Below are positions 38,806 to 48,354 of a DNA stretch of 64,000 nt, piece after piece; within the stretch, counting starts at the first letter, position 1, and the number at the start of each line of letters is the position of its first letter. The stretch spans positions 288,001 through 352,000 of the forward strand of contig CP143273.1 of assembly GCA_051013385.1 (NCBI GenBank). The letters run 5' to 3'. Under the pieces are notes generated by a model. That model ran no database searches, was not told the origin of the DNA, and saw only the letters and a program-made list of their open reading frames with translations. Source of the DNA: Phormidium sp. GTDB lineage: Bacteria; Cyanobacteriota; Cyanobacteriia; Cyanobacteriales; Aerosakkonemataceae. Both the position numbers and the translations under genes were made by a program.

Positions 38806-41460
38806 ATGAGCGATCGCACGGCGATGCCGATGCCAAATATGATTGATGCCACTATTTCTGCCCAAACTTCTGATACTGAGACTTTTAACTGCACTTGGAG
38901 CGGCGAAATTTGTCCGATCGAAGGGGTAATATACCTGGAATGTTCCGACAATACGCGCTTTCGCATCGCGCAGAAACTCACAGAATGGACAGAAGGAAAG
39001 CGGAGTTGGCAAATTATCCCTAGCACTGATTCTACAGGGGAAGTGTCACAGGTAACACTGGTTAGTTCGGAAAATTTAACCAGCGATGCAGAAGCGGCGG
39101 ATATTTGTCAGTTAGTGGGAAGGGTGATACAACTTGGGAAACGTAACTCTTTGGTTCAGTTTAAGATTAAGCGATCGGAACAAAAAACTCTCAAGCTGAC
39201 TTTGGTGAATTCCCACAATCTTAACTTGAAACTCAGTCAATTACTCAAAGTGCAAGCGCAAAGAGTGGGAAAAACTTTGCAAATTTTGAGTGCGGTATCT
39301 ATTGACGAAACTTCGGAAAGTATTGAAGAAACTCAAATTACACCTGTCTCAATTTTACCCACAGGAGAAACTTCTAAAAAATTAGCATCGACTGAAACTC
39401 CACCGCCAAATGATGCTGCTTTAACTGCACTTTTGGAAGAAACGCAACAGTCAGGTTGGCAACTTGCGCCAGCAATTAAACGGCGTGACGGTTGGGAGTG
39501 GGAAGCAGTTTTACCAACAACGGGAAAACGCGCCAGAGTGTTGATTAAAGGCAAAAAAATTAAAGTTTATGAGTATGCGCCAGAGGTTAAAGAAGTAGTT
39601 GAATTAGGAAATACTCAAGAAATAACAATTGATGAGCAAGAAATTTTAAATACTAGATTAATTGTTCGTCCTTTGGGTGCAGCAAAGGGAATTGGTGCTT
39701 CTTGTTTTCAAGTATTTATTGGCCCTTATGAAATAGTAATGGATTGTGGTACTCGTCCGAAAGGTTACGATCCTTTACCAGCGTTAGATCATTTACAAAA
39801 CCCGAATTTACTGTTAATAACTCACGCACATCAAGATCATCTTGGTGCAGTTCCGGTGTTTCATGCACGGTTTCCCGGTGTGAGGATGATTTGCACTCCG
39901 GGAACGCGAGAAATTGCTCATGTGATGTTACAAGATTGTTTGAAAGTTCAGCAAATGAACGAAGATTCGCCGGAACTTTTTGATGAGACGGACTTAGAAA
40001 GGACTTTGTTTCGGTTAGAAACTCAACCAATTGGAGTGGATTTTGAACCTTTACCGGGATTAAAGGTAAGATTTATTAATGCTGGACATATTGTTGGTGC
40101 TGCTTGTATTTATATGCAGTATGGCGATCGCTCTTTAGTCTACACTGGAGATTACAATACTACTTCCAGTCGGACAACGGAAGGTTTGAAATTAGCAGAT
40201 TTGCCAAAAGCAGATATGTTAATTACTGAGTCAACTTATGGCGCAGATAATCATCCTAACCGGAAAGCGCAAGAGAGTGCTTTACTAGAAGCGATCGCAG
40301 AAGTTGTAAAAAATGGTGGTAATGTTTTAGTTCCAGCTTTCGCATTAGGAAGAGCACAGGAAATTATTTTAGCAATTCGCACTTCTGCGGTATTTCATAA
40401 TCTAAAAATTCCCATTTATGTTGATGGGTTAGTCAGAGCAGTTACCGATGTTTTTCGAGATAATTTAACTTTACTTCCCCAAGCAGTTAAAAACTTCGCG
40501 CAACAAAAACAAGAACCTTTCTTCGATCCTAGTTCTCCTTCTCCCGTCATCCCGATTACTTCCCCTAAACAACGACCTTTAGCAATGACAAAACCCAGTG
40601 TAATTATTGCTAGTTCCGGGATGTTAACAGGTGGCCCTTCAATTTATTATGCTACTACTTTGTTAGAAAGGGAAAACTCCGCAATCTTCATTTCTGGTTA
40701 CACTGACGAAGAAAGTCCAGGTCGTTTGTTGCAAAATCTCAACACTGGAGATACGGTAACATTAGAAGGCAAAGAATTAAATGTCAGAGCGCAAGTTCGC
40801 AAGTTTAATTTAAGTGCTCATGCTGACAAAGTTGGTTTAACTCAAGTAATTCATCGAGTAAATCCTCAGCATTTAATATTAATTCACGGTTCCCACCAAG
40901 CATTACATGAACTCTCGCGTGCGGGAGATTTACAAGAGAAATATTATGTTCATATTCCCTCAGTTGGCGATGAAATTGTTTATGGACAAGCACCGGAACA
41001 TTTAAGTGCGAGAAGGATAGCACAATTTGACTTACCGAATGAGTTTGAAGTAAATGTAGAAGCAGAAGTCGAAGGTGCTTGGATTAGGATACCAGAAGAA
41101 ATTATCGAAACAGATCCGCGTTGGCAAATGTTAGCGGGAACCGGAGTTTTAAAAGCGAAATGGGAAGGTTTTCATTTAAAACTGAGTCCGCTAACGCAGA
41201 AAGATATTTTGGTGGAAGAGGCGATCGCATCTGGAGAAGATTGTTGTGCAGTTTGTAAATTTTTCCGTGCGGGAAAATGCAAATCCGAAGATAGTCCATT
41301 ATTTAGTTTTCCCGTAGATCCTACTAGTAAATGTTTAGAATTTATCAGACGGGGTGTAGTAGTAGAAAGCAACGTAGAACCGGAAGATGAAGAGGAAATT
41401 TTCGCAGAAGAAGACGAAGAAATGGATGATTTTTACTTGCTTCCCGAAGATGAAAATTGA
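38806..41460 (+). CDS. MBL-fold beta-CASP nuclease with N-terminal extension, C-terminal Cys cluster and acidic tail
   Basis: THAHQDH, AGHIVG, YTGD, ESTYG, FALGRAQE, SAHAD, LIHG; CCAVCKFF..C..C. Confidence 0.88.
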   Translation: MSDRTAMPMPNMIDATISAQTSDTETFNCTWSGEICPIEGVIYLECSDNTRFRIAQKLTEWTEGKRSWQIIPSTDSTGEVSQVTLVSSENLTSDAEAADICQLVGRVIQLGKRNSLVQFKIKRSEQKTLKLTLVNSHNLNLKLSQLLKVQAQRVGKTLQILSAVSIDETSESIEETQITPVSILPTGETSKKLASTETPPPNDAALTALLEETQQSGWQLAPAIKRRDGWEWEAVLPTTGKRARVLIKGKKIKVYEYAPEVKEVVELGNTQEITIDEQEILNTRLIVRPLGAAKGIGASCFQVFIGPYEIVMDCGTRPKGYDPLPALDHLQNPNLLLITHAHQDHLGAVPVFHARFPGVRMICTPGTREIAHVMLQDCLKVQQMNEDSPELFDETDLERTLFRLETQPIGVDFEPLPGLKVRFINAGHIVGAACIYMQYGDRSLVYTGDYNTTSSRTTEGLKLADLPKADMLITESTYGADNHPNRKAQESALLEAIAEVVKNGGNVLVPAFALGRAQEIILAIRTSAVFHNLKIPIYVDGLVRAVTDVFRDNLTLLPQAVKNFAQQKQEPFFDPSSPSPVIPITSPKQRPLAMTKPSVIIASSGMLTGGPSIYYATTLLERENSAIFISGYTDEESPGRLLQNLNTGDTVTLEGKELNVRAQVRKFNLSAHADKVGLTQVIHRVNPQHLILIHGSHQALHELSRAGDLQEKYYVHIPSVGDEIVYGQAPEHLSARRIAQFDLPNEFEVNVEAEVEGAWIRIPEEIIETDPRWQMLAGTGVLKAKWEGFHLKLSPLTQKDILVEEAIASGEDCCAVCKFFRAGKCKSEDSPLFSFPVDPTSKCLEFIRRGVVVESNVEPEDEEEIFAEEDEEMDDFYLLPEDEN

Positions 41461-41601
41461 AACTTTATAAGCTATTTTTAATCCAAAACCCTGTAGAGAC
41501 GTTATATATAACGTCTCTACAGTATAGGCAATCAAACGGACAGGTATTACACCTATTTAAGTGTTGAAAAGCTTACCAATTTTGTTAGTCAAACAGGGTA
41601 A

Positions 41602-42264
41602 TTAACTTTTGGGAATAATGCTGGTAGTTGATTTTTGTTTGCCTTTGAACCCAGCAGCAACACCGAAAGCACCCAATGCTAATAGACCTAATGTAGAAGT
41701 TGGTTCGGGAACAGCTTTCAACTCAAGTCGAGCAGAAGATATAATTGCATCATCCTGGTAAACCCAGGGAATAATGCCGTTGTTAGAAGCAAAGACACCC
41801 ATGATCTGTTGCGATGTGAATCCATAGTCGAATAAATTCAGTGTTATGGTGTCAGTTTGCCCTAAAGAAGGTATCCCAGGTATATTAGGTATTGCTATGC
41901 CTGTAACTCCAGGAATACCAGTTGTATCTGTCGTTATCAAACCGCTTTTTGGCGTTAAAGTTAAAGTCAGCACTGCTGAAGCTAAGTCGGTTGAACCAGT
42001 AAAAACTTCATAATTAGGGTCATTGGTGAAATCAAAGTTCCAGCTTGTATGTTCATCAATACCGTCACCTAATGTCAAAACAAAATCTTGGATAGGTCGA
42101 ATTAAAAAATCGCCATTTTGTAAGCTTTGACCGTTAATGATCGGAGGGGTAGGGGAACCAGATACTTCAGAGACTATGCTAAAAGCAAGTGCTTTTGCAG
42201 GCATTAAAGAACCTAAAGCTATGAAGGCGGCAGTAGCGATCGATAATTTTTTGCAAGTAGCCAT
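41602..42264 (-). CDS. PEP-CTERM sorting-domain protein
   Basis: Signal peptide; VPEPTSTLGLL, TM segment, basic tail. Confidence 0.88.
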   Translation of the reverse strand: MATCKKLSIATAAFIALGSLMPAKALAFSIVSEVSGSPTPPIINGQSLQNGDFLIRPIQDFVLTLGDGIDEHTSWNFDFTNDPNYEVFTGSTDLASAVLTLTLTPKSGLITTDTTGIPGVTGIAIPNIPGIPSLGQTDTITLNLFDYGFTSQQIMGVFASNNGIIPWVYQDDAIISSARLELKAVPEPTSTLGLLALGAFGVAAGFKGKQKSTTSIIPKS

Positions 42265-43015
42265 GTCTAAATTTCTCCTCGATTTCAGAGTAAAGTTTGC
42301 ACCATAATTTAGGGCACGATAAATAAGCCATATCCTATGTATCGCGTATGGTAGTTACCAACCTAAGCGAGATAGTTGGACTTTATTTATAATTCAGCAG
42401 TCAGAATTCAAAAGGCAAAAACATCCTGTATTCTGACCCCTAAAAAAGCTTGTTTTGTACCGTTTTAGCTTGGTAGTTTTTATGGAAATAGCTTCAGCTT
42501 TTCTGTTCACCTAAGATATTAAGCTGGCTTTGAGTATCTTTATAAGGACAGGGCAAGATATCAAAGCAGTTTTAAGATCAAAGTCAGCCTTGTGATTATC
42601 AAGTTTGGCTATCAATCAGCAGATACTTTGTTTGATCCTAACGGGTTTTAAAGCTTACTTCAAGAAGCTTTCAGCCCTGTTGCTGCTCCCTGAAGCGTCT
42701 TTTTATTTAGCACCCTATTAATAATCAATATCGTATACGCATTTCTCTTGAAAAAGATTACTTTTAAAAATCCTTTATAGAAACTTCACAGTATTTTTAC
42801 AAAAAAGACAGTTTGAACCAGCAAAAATACTTAAAAATCTCAGTTTTTGGTTGTTAAATTAGTGATGGTCGGGAATTTATAGTAGGTAGTATGTAGTGAA
42901 ATTTACTGATTAGTACATAGTACAACTTTATGTGCGAGTTGGAGGTACAGAATGTGAATTTATGTAGTAAACTAACCAAAAGCAAAAATAGTTATTTTGC
43001 TTTTACAACTATCAT

Positions 43016-43591
43016 TTAAAAAGAAGATACCGGTTCTTTTAAAAACTCTGCTTCTTCCGGCGTTGTCTCCCTTCCTAAAATTTGATTGCGATGGGGAAAC
43101 CTACCGAAACGCTCGATTATTTTTAAATGTTTAATGGCATAATCAATACAACTAACACTATCAAGATCGTCGCGCAGTTGTTCAAATAATGCCAAAGATT
43201 GACGCTGATGTTCTAAATTTTCGCTATGCTCAAAAGGTAGGTAAAAAAACCAGCGTTTTACAGGGATAAATTGGCGATCGAACTCTCGTTCAACAGCATA
43301 TTGTGCGAAAGCGAGTGCTTGCGGATCGGTAGCAAAAGCTTTTGGGCGATCGCGAAACATATTCCGAGGAAATTGATCGCACAAAATAATTAATGCTAAA
43401 CAACTTTCTGGGTGATCTTGCCAATAATTTAGTTTACCAGATGCCGCTAATTCATAATCAGATAAAAAGCGGGTTTTCACTTGTTGGTCAAATTCTGAGT
43501 TTTTGCTAAACCAAACATCGCGAGGTTTGCCATAATTGGATCGATCGGGCGTACCGAACCAAAAGTTTAAAATTTCCTGAAAGTTTGCCAT
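43016..43591 (-). CDS. DUF924 family protein
   Basis: FWFG, DQFPRNMFR, LPFEHSE, RFGRFPHRN. Confidence 0.9.
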   Translation of the reverse strand: MANFQEILNFWFGTPDRSNYGKPRDVWFSKNSEFDQQVKTRFLSDYELAASGKLNYWQDHPESCLALIILCDQFPRNMFRDRPKAFATDPQALAFAQYAVEREFDRQFIPVKRWFFYLPFEHSENLEHQRQSLALFEQLRDDLDSVSCIDYAIKHLKIIERFGRFPHRNQILGRETTPEEAEFLKEPVSSF

Positions 43592-43652
43592 AATTAATTG
43601 AGCTTGCTACACAGTTTAAAATTATTAAACCATCAGGGAAGCGGAAGAACTC

Positions 43653-44762
43653 ATGAAAGTAAAAGCAGCAGTTGCCCATAGTTCCAAACAACCTTTAAGC
43701 ATTGAAATGGTTGATTTAGAAGGGCCAAAAGAAGGGGAAGTTTTGGTAGAAATTAAAGCAAGTGGAGTTTGTCATACTGATGCTTTTACCCTTTCCGGTG
43801 CCGATCCAGAAGGGCTTTTTCCTGCTATTTTAGGGCATGAAGGGGCAGGAATTGTGGTGGAAGTAGGATCGGGGGTGAAAAGTTTACAAAAGGGCGATCG
43901 CGTAATTCCCCTTTACATACCCGAATGTCGCCATTGCAAATTTTGTCTTTCCGGTAAAACAAACCTCTGTCAAGCTATTAGAGAAACCCAAGGAAAAGGC
44001 GTAATGCCAGATGGTAGTAGTCGCTTTTCTTTGGATGGGAAAATGTTACATCATTATATGGGAACTTCGACTTTTGCTAATTATACAGTAGTCCCAGAAA
44101 TTGCCTTAGCAAAAATTCGGGAAGATGCACCTTTAGAAAAAGTTTGTTTGCTAGGATGTGGCATTACAACTGGAATTGGTGCAGTAATTAATACCGCAAA
44201 AGTGCAAGTAGGAGATAATGTTGTAGTTTTCGGTTTAGGTGGAGTTGGTTTAAGTGTAATTCAAGGTGCAAAATTAGCTGGTGCTAACATGATTATTGGG
44301 GTAGATATTAACCCGAATAAAAAGGCATTAGGCGAAAAATTAGGAATGACTCATTTCGTCAATCCGAAAGAAGTAGAAGGCGATTTAGTTCCTTATTTGG
44401 TAAACTTAACTAATGGTGGTGCTGACTTTACTTTTGAATGTATTGGCAATGTAAATATCATGCGTCAAGCATTAGAATGTTGTCACAAAGGTTGGGGAAC
44501 TTGTGTAATTGTTGGCGTTGCTGGCGCTGGCGAAGAAATTTCTACCCGTCCGTTTCAATTAGTTACTGGACGTACTTGGAAAGGTACAGCTTTTGGGGGA
44601 ACGAAAGGACGCACACATCTGCCGAAAATTGTTGATTGGTATATGGAAGGTAAAATAAATATTGATGATTTAATTACCGAATTTATGCCAATTGAAGATA
44701 TTAACAGAGCGTTTGATTTAATGCACGCGGGGAAATCAATTCGGAGTGTGGTTACTTTTTAG
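43653..44762 (+). CDS. frmA: S-(hydroxymethyl)glutathione dehydrogenase (class III ADH, GSNO reductase)
   Basis: [39 protein letters not shown]. Confidence 0.95.
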   Translation: MKVKAAVAHSSKQPLSIEMVDLEGPKEGEVLVEIKASGVCHTDAFTLSGADPEGLFPAILGHEGAGIVVEVGSGVKSLQKGDRVIPLYIPECRHCKFCLSGKTNLCQAIRETQGKGVMPDGSSRFSLDGKMLHHYMGTSTFANYTVVPEIALAKIREDAPLEKVCLLGCGITTGIGAVINTAKVQVGDNVVVFGLGGVGLSVIQGAKLAGANMIIGVDINPNKKALGEKLGMTHFVNPKEVEGDLVPYLVNLTNGGADFTFECIGNVNIMRQALECCHKGWGTCVIVGVAGAGEEISTRPFQLVTGRTWKGTAFGGTKGRTHLPKIVDWYMEGKINIDDLITEFMPIEDINRAFDLMHAGKSIRSVVTF

Positions 44763-44819
44763 AGGCAATGACAGGCAGGATGCCTGTCCTACAAGATGGA
44801 AGATTTTTACAAATGACAA

Positions 44820-45530
44820 ATGACGAATAAACAAATGACTGAATCAGGAATTTTTGTACATCAATTTGAACTTGGGCCTTGGGATAATTTTATCTACTTG
44901 ATTGGCGATCGCGCAACTCGTACCTGTGCGGTAGTCGATCCCGCTTGGGATGCACCCACAATATTAGCAGAAGCGGAAAAATTGGATGTGAAAATTACTC
45001 ACATTCTTTGCACTCACAGTCACTTTGATCATGTTAATCGAGTCAACGAAATTTTAGAAGCAACTGACGCGCCAGTTCACATGATGGGAGAAGAAATCGA
45101 TTTTTCTGGGTTTAAATGTGAAAACTTAGTGCGTCATTCTCCCGGTGATAGTTTAACCATTGGTCAACATTTAGAAATTACCATGATGCACACACCCGGA
45201 CATACTCCCGGATGCACAAGTTACCGAATTCCTGATGCTTTAGTCACCGGAGATACGCTGTTTGTAAATGGTTGTGGACGCTGTGATTTCGTTGGCGGAG
45301 ATCCCGAAACCATGTTTTACACATTGCAAGATTTAGTGCGAAAATTACCCCCAGAAACTACCATGTATCCAGGACATAATTACGGCGATAAACCAACAGC
45401 AACCTTAGATATGCAACGGCAAACCAACCCCTACTTACTCTTACCAAAAGTAGAAGATTTTATCAGTCACAGAATGCAAGGAAAAACCCCCAATACACCC
45501 CTTCCCCCCGAACCAAAATGGCATCCCTAA
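44820..45530 (+). CDS. Glyoxalase II-like MBL hydrolase
   Basis: THSHFDH, TPGHTPG, TGDTLF..GCGR, YPGH. Confidence 0.85.
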   Translation: MTNKQMTESGIFVHQFELGPWDNFIYLIGDRATRTCAVVDPAWDAPTILAEAEKLDVKITHILCTHSHFDHVNRVNEILEATDAPVHMMGEEIDFSGFKCENLVRHSPGDSLTIGQHLEITMMHTPGHTPGCTSYRIPDALVTGDTLFVNGCGRCDFVGGDPETMFYTLQDLVRKLPPETTMYPGHNYGDKPTATLDMQRQTNPYLLLPKVEDFISHRMQGKTPNTPLPPEPKWHP

Positions 45531-45584
45531 ATCTCTCTTTCCTTCGCGCTCTTTGCGTCCTTTGCGGTTTAATAAAAAGAGATT

Positions 45585-46394
45585 ATGAGTGAATCAGAAG
45601 CGATCGCAAAAACCCCATCCCCGCGAACCCTAGAAACCTTAAAAAACGACTTCCGTCAACTTGGATTACAACCAGGAATGACAATAATAGTACACAGTTC
45701 CCTTAGTTCATTAGGTTGGGTTTGCGGAGGTTCAGTAACAGTTATTCAAGCTTTAATGGATATCATTACGCCAAATGGTACATTAGTAATGCCTACCCAT
45801 TCCGGCGAATATTCCGATCCAGCTACTTGGGGAAATCCACCAGTTCCGAGTGATTGGTGGTCAATTATTCGGGAAAATATGCCAGCTTTTGACCCTCAAA
45901 TAACCCCGACAAATGGTATGGGAAAAATTGTCGAAACCTTTCGGAATTATCCCCAAGTTTTACGAAGTTATCATCCAGCAGTTTCCTTTGCTGCTTGGGG
46001 AAAACACGCCGAAACTATGATAAAAAATCACTCTTTAGATTACTCCCTTGGCGAATCTTCTCCCCTAGCTCGCCTTTATAATTTAGATGGTTGGGTATTA
46101 TTATTAGGAGTAAGCTACGATAGTTGTACTTGTTTTCATTTAGCTGAGTATAGAATCCCACAAAAACAACAAATTCAGCGTGGTGCTGCTATTTGGGAAA
46201 ATAATCAGCGAGTTTGGAAAAGTTACCAAGATATTGAATTTGATGTAGACTGTTTTGAGCAAATAGGTACTGCTTTTGAACAGACTCAATCTGTTAAAAT
46301 TTCGGCAGTTGGATTGGCAGAAGCAAGGTTTTTTCCAGTAAAATTAGCGGTAGATTTTGCGGTAGATTGGTTGAGTAATAAATTAAGTTGCTAG
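45585..46394 (+). CDS. AAC(3)/YokD-family N-acetyltransferase
   Basis: VHSSLSSLGWVCGG, LVMPT, RSYHP, HLAEY. Confidence 0.88.
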   Translation: MSESEAIAKTPSPRTLETLKNDFRQLGLQPGMTIIVHSSLSSLGWVCGGSVTVIQALMDIITPNGTLVMPTHSGEYSDPATWGNPPVPSDWWSIIRENMPAFDPQITPTNGMGKIVETFRNYPQVLRSYHPAVSFAAWGKHAETMIKNHSLDYSLGESSPLARLYNLDGWVLLLGVSYDSCTCFHLAEYRIPQKQQIQRGAAIWENNQRVWKSYQDIEFDVDCFEQIGTAFEQTQSVKISAVGLAEARFFPVKLAVDFAVDWLSNKLSC

Positions 46395-46430
46395 TTATGA
46401 GCTTAAGCGTTTTAGATCCCCCTAAATCCC

Positions 46431-46661
46431 CCTTACCCAGGGGGACTTTGAATTCAGTTCCCACCTTACCCAGGGGGACTTTGAATTCAGTTCCCACCTT
46501 ACCCAGGGGGACTTTGAATTCAGTTCCCACCTTACCCAGGGGGACTTTGAATTCAGTTCCCACCTTACCCAGGGGGACTTTGAATTCAGTTCCCACCTTA
46601 CCCAGGGGGACTTTGAATCCAGTTCCCACCTTACCCAGGGGGACTTTGAATCCAGTTCCCC
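46431..46661 (+). repeat. Seven 33-bp tandem repeats inside a GC-hairpin repeat element
   Basis: CCTTACCCAGGGGGACTTTGAATTCAGTTCCCA at 33-bp spacing with no unique spacers. Confidence 0.9.
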
Positions 46662-46720
46662 CCTTGTTAAGGGGGGTTAGGGGGGATCAACAATATGTGG
46701 AACTAAAGTAGAGGGGAAAA

Positions 46721-48220
46721 ATGCAAGAATCACAACGTCAAAGATCGTTGCAAGGGTTAGAACAATTTCTCACCACTTCCTTAGCAAGTTTACTGCAAAA
46801 AGATAATGCTACAAAAGCGGAATCTGCAACTTTAGCTTTGTTTCATTCCGTCGCTGCTACGGTTCCCGCTTACCAAAGGTTTTTAAAGGCAGAAAATATT
46901 AACCCGGAAACTATTCAAACTTTAGCTGATTTCTCCCAATTACCGCAAGTTACAAAAGAGAATTATCTAAAAGTTTACTCGTTAGCCCAATTATGTAAAA
47001 ATGGAAATATAGAAAGCTGTGATATCATCGCTGCTTCTTCTGGTTCTACTGGTAAACCGACTTTTTGGCCTAGATTTTTTAGCGATGAATTAGCAATTAC
47101 TATTAGGTTTGAGCAAATATTTCATGATAGCTTTTTTGCTGATAGTCGGCGGACTTTAGCGGTTGTTTGTTTTACTTTGGGAACTTGGGTAGGCGGTTTA
47201 TTTACAACTAATTGTTGTCGCTATCTTGCTAGTAAAGGTTATCCGATTACAGTGATTGCACCGGGAAATAATAAGGAAGAAATCTTCCGAGTTGTGCAAG
47301 AGTTGGGAGGTGCTTTTGAACAGGTGGTTTTGTTGGGATATCCACCATTTATTAAAGATGTGGTTGATACGGGAATTGCGCGAGGTGTTGAATGGCAGAA
47401 GTTTAATATTAAAATGGTGTTTGCGGGGGAAGTTTTTAGTGAGGAATGGCGGAGTTTAGTTGGGGAAAGAGTTGGATCGACTAATTTTTGTTATGACTCT
47501 GCGGCACTTTATGGAACTGCTGATGCGGGAGTTTTGGGAAATGAAACTCCTTTGAGTATTTGCATTCGTCGTTGGTTGGCAAATCATCCTGAAGCGGCAA
47601 AAAGTTTATTTGGCGAATCGCGTTTACCGACTTTGGTACAGTACGATCCTTTGAGTCGGTTTTTTGAAGTGGAAAATGGGCAATTGTTGTTTTCTGGGGA
47701 TAATGGAGTTCCTTTAATTAGATACAATATTTTAGATACTGGTGGGATAATTGCTTATGATGAAATGTTGAGTTTTTTGGGAAGATATGGTTTCGATCCT
47801 TTGACTACTTTGGCGGAAGAAAGACCCATTCGGGAGTTGCCTTTTGTTTATGTTTTTGGTCGATCGAATTTTACTGTTTCCTATTTCGGTGCTAATATTT
47901 ACCCGGAAAATGTCACGGTTGGATTGGAACAACCTTTGATTAAAGAATGGGTGACTGGGAAGTTTGTTTTGCAGGTGAAAGAAGATGCAGATCAAAATAA
48001 ATACCTTTCAATTGTGGTAGAGTTAGCGCCGGGAATTGAAGCTAATGAAGAGATGAAAGTGGCGATCGCTAACTCCATTCTTTCCCAACTGCAACGACTC
48101 AACAGCGAATTCGCTAACTATGTTCCCCAAGCATATCAAACTCCCCAAATCACACTTACTCCAACGGGAGATCCTGAATATTTCCCCATTGGCGTTAAGC
48201 ATCGCTATACCCGAAAATGA
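46721..48220 (+). CDS. Phenylacetate-CoA ligase family protein
   Basis: SSGSTGKP, FAGE, YGTAD, LIRY, FGRS, GANIYP. Confidence 0.85.
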   Translation: MQESQRQRSLQGLEQFLTTSLASLLQKDNATKAESATLALFHSVAATVPAYQRFLKAENINPETIQTLADFSQLPQVTKENYLKVYSLAQLCKNGNIESCDIIAASSGSTGKPTFWPRFFSDELAITIRFEQIFHDSFFADSRRTLAVVCFTLGTWVGGLFTTNCCRYLASKGYPITVIAPGNNKEEIFRVVQELGGAFEQVVLLGYPPFIKDVVDTGIARGVEWQKFNIKMVFAGEVFSEEWRSLVGERVGSTNFCYDSAALYGTADAGVLGNETPLSICIRRWLANHPEAAKSLFGESRLPTLVQYDPLSRFFEVENGQLLFSGDNGVPLIRYNILDTGGIIAYDEMLSFLGRYGFDPLTTLAEERPIRELPFVYVFGRSNFTVSYFGANIYPENVTVGLEQPLIKEWVTGKFVLQVKEDADQNKYLSIVVELAPGIEANEEMKVAIANSILSQLQRLNSEFANYVPQAYQTPQITLTPTGDPEYFPIGVKHRYTRK

Positions 48221-48232
48221 GAGAAACAGGTA

Positions 48233-48354
48233 AAAGTACGTTGTTGCGCTTTAGCGCCAACTTTCGCGCTGAAGCGCAACAACGTACCTGGTATTCAAAA
48301 AGTACGTTGTTGCGCTTTAGCGCCAACTTTCGCGCTGAAGCGCAACAACGTACC
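48233..48354. repeat. Two tandem REP-like palindromes (related copy at 53127-53181)
   Basis: GTACGTTGTTGCGCTT..AAGCGCAACAACGTAC twice. Confidence 0.8.

Noticed and set aside
45585..46394. Aminoglycoside resistance gene
   Set aside because: YokD-like family members are widespread; no mobile context; activity cannot be inferred
46431..46661. 33-bp repeat array as CRISPR
   Set aside because: Units are head-to-tail with no unique spacers, and no cas genes are in the window
46294..46711. Repeat-protein ORFs on both strands
   Set aside because: Open frames are a by-product of the 33-bp tandem repeat
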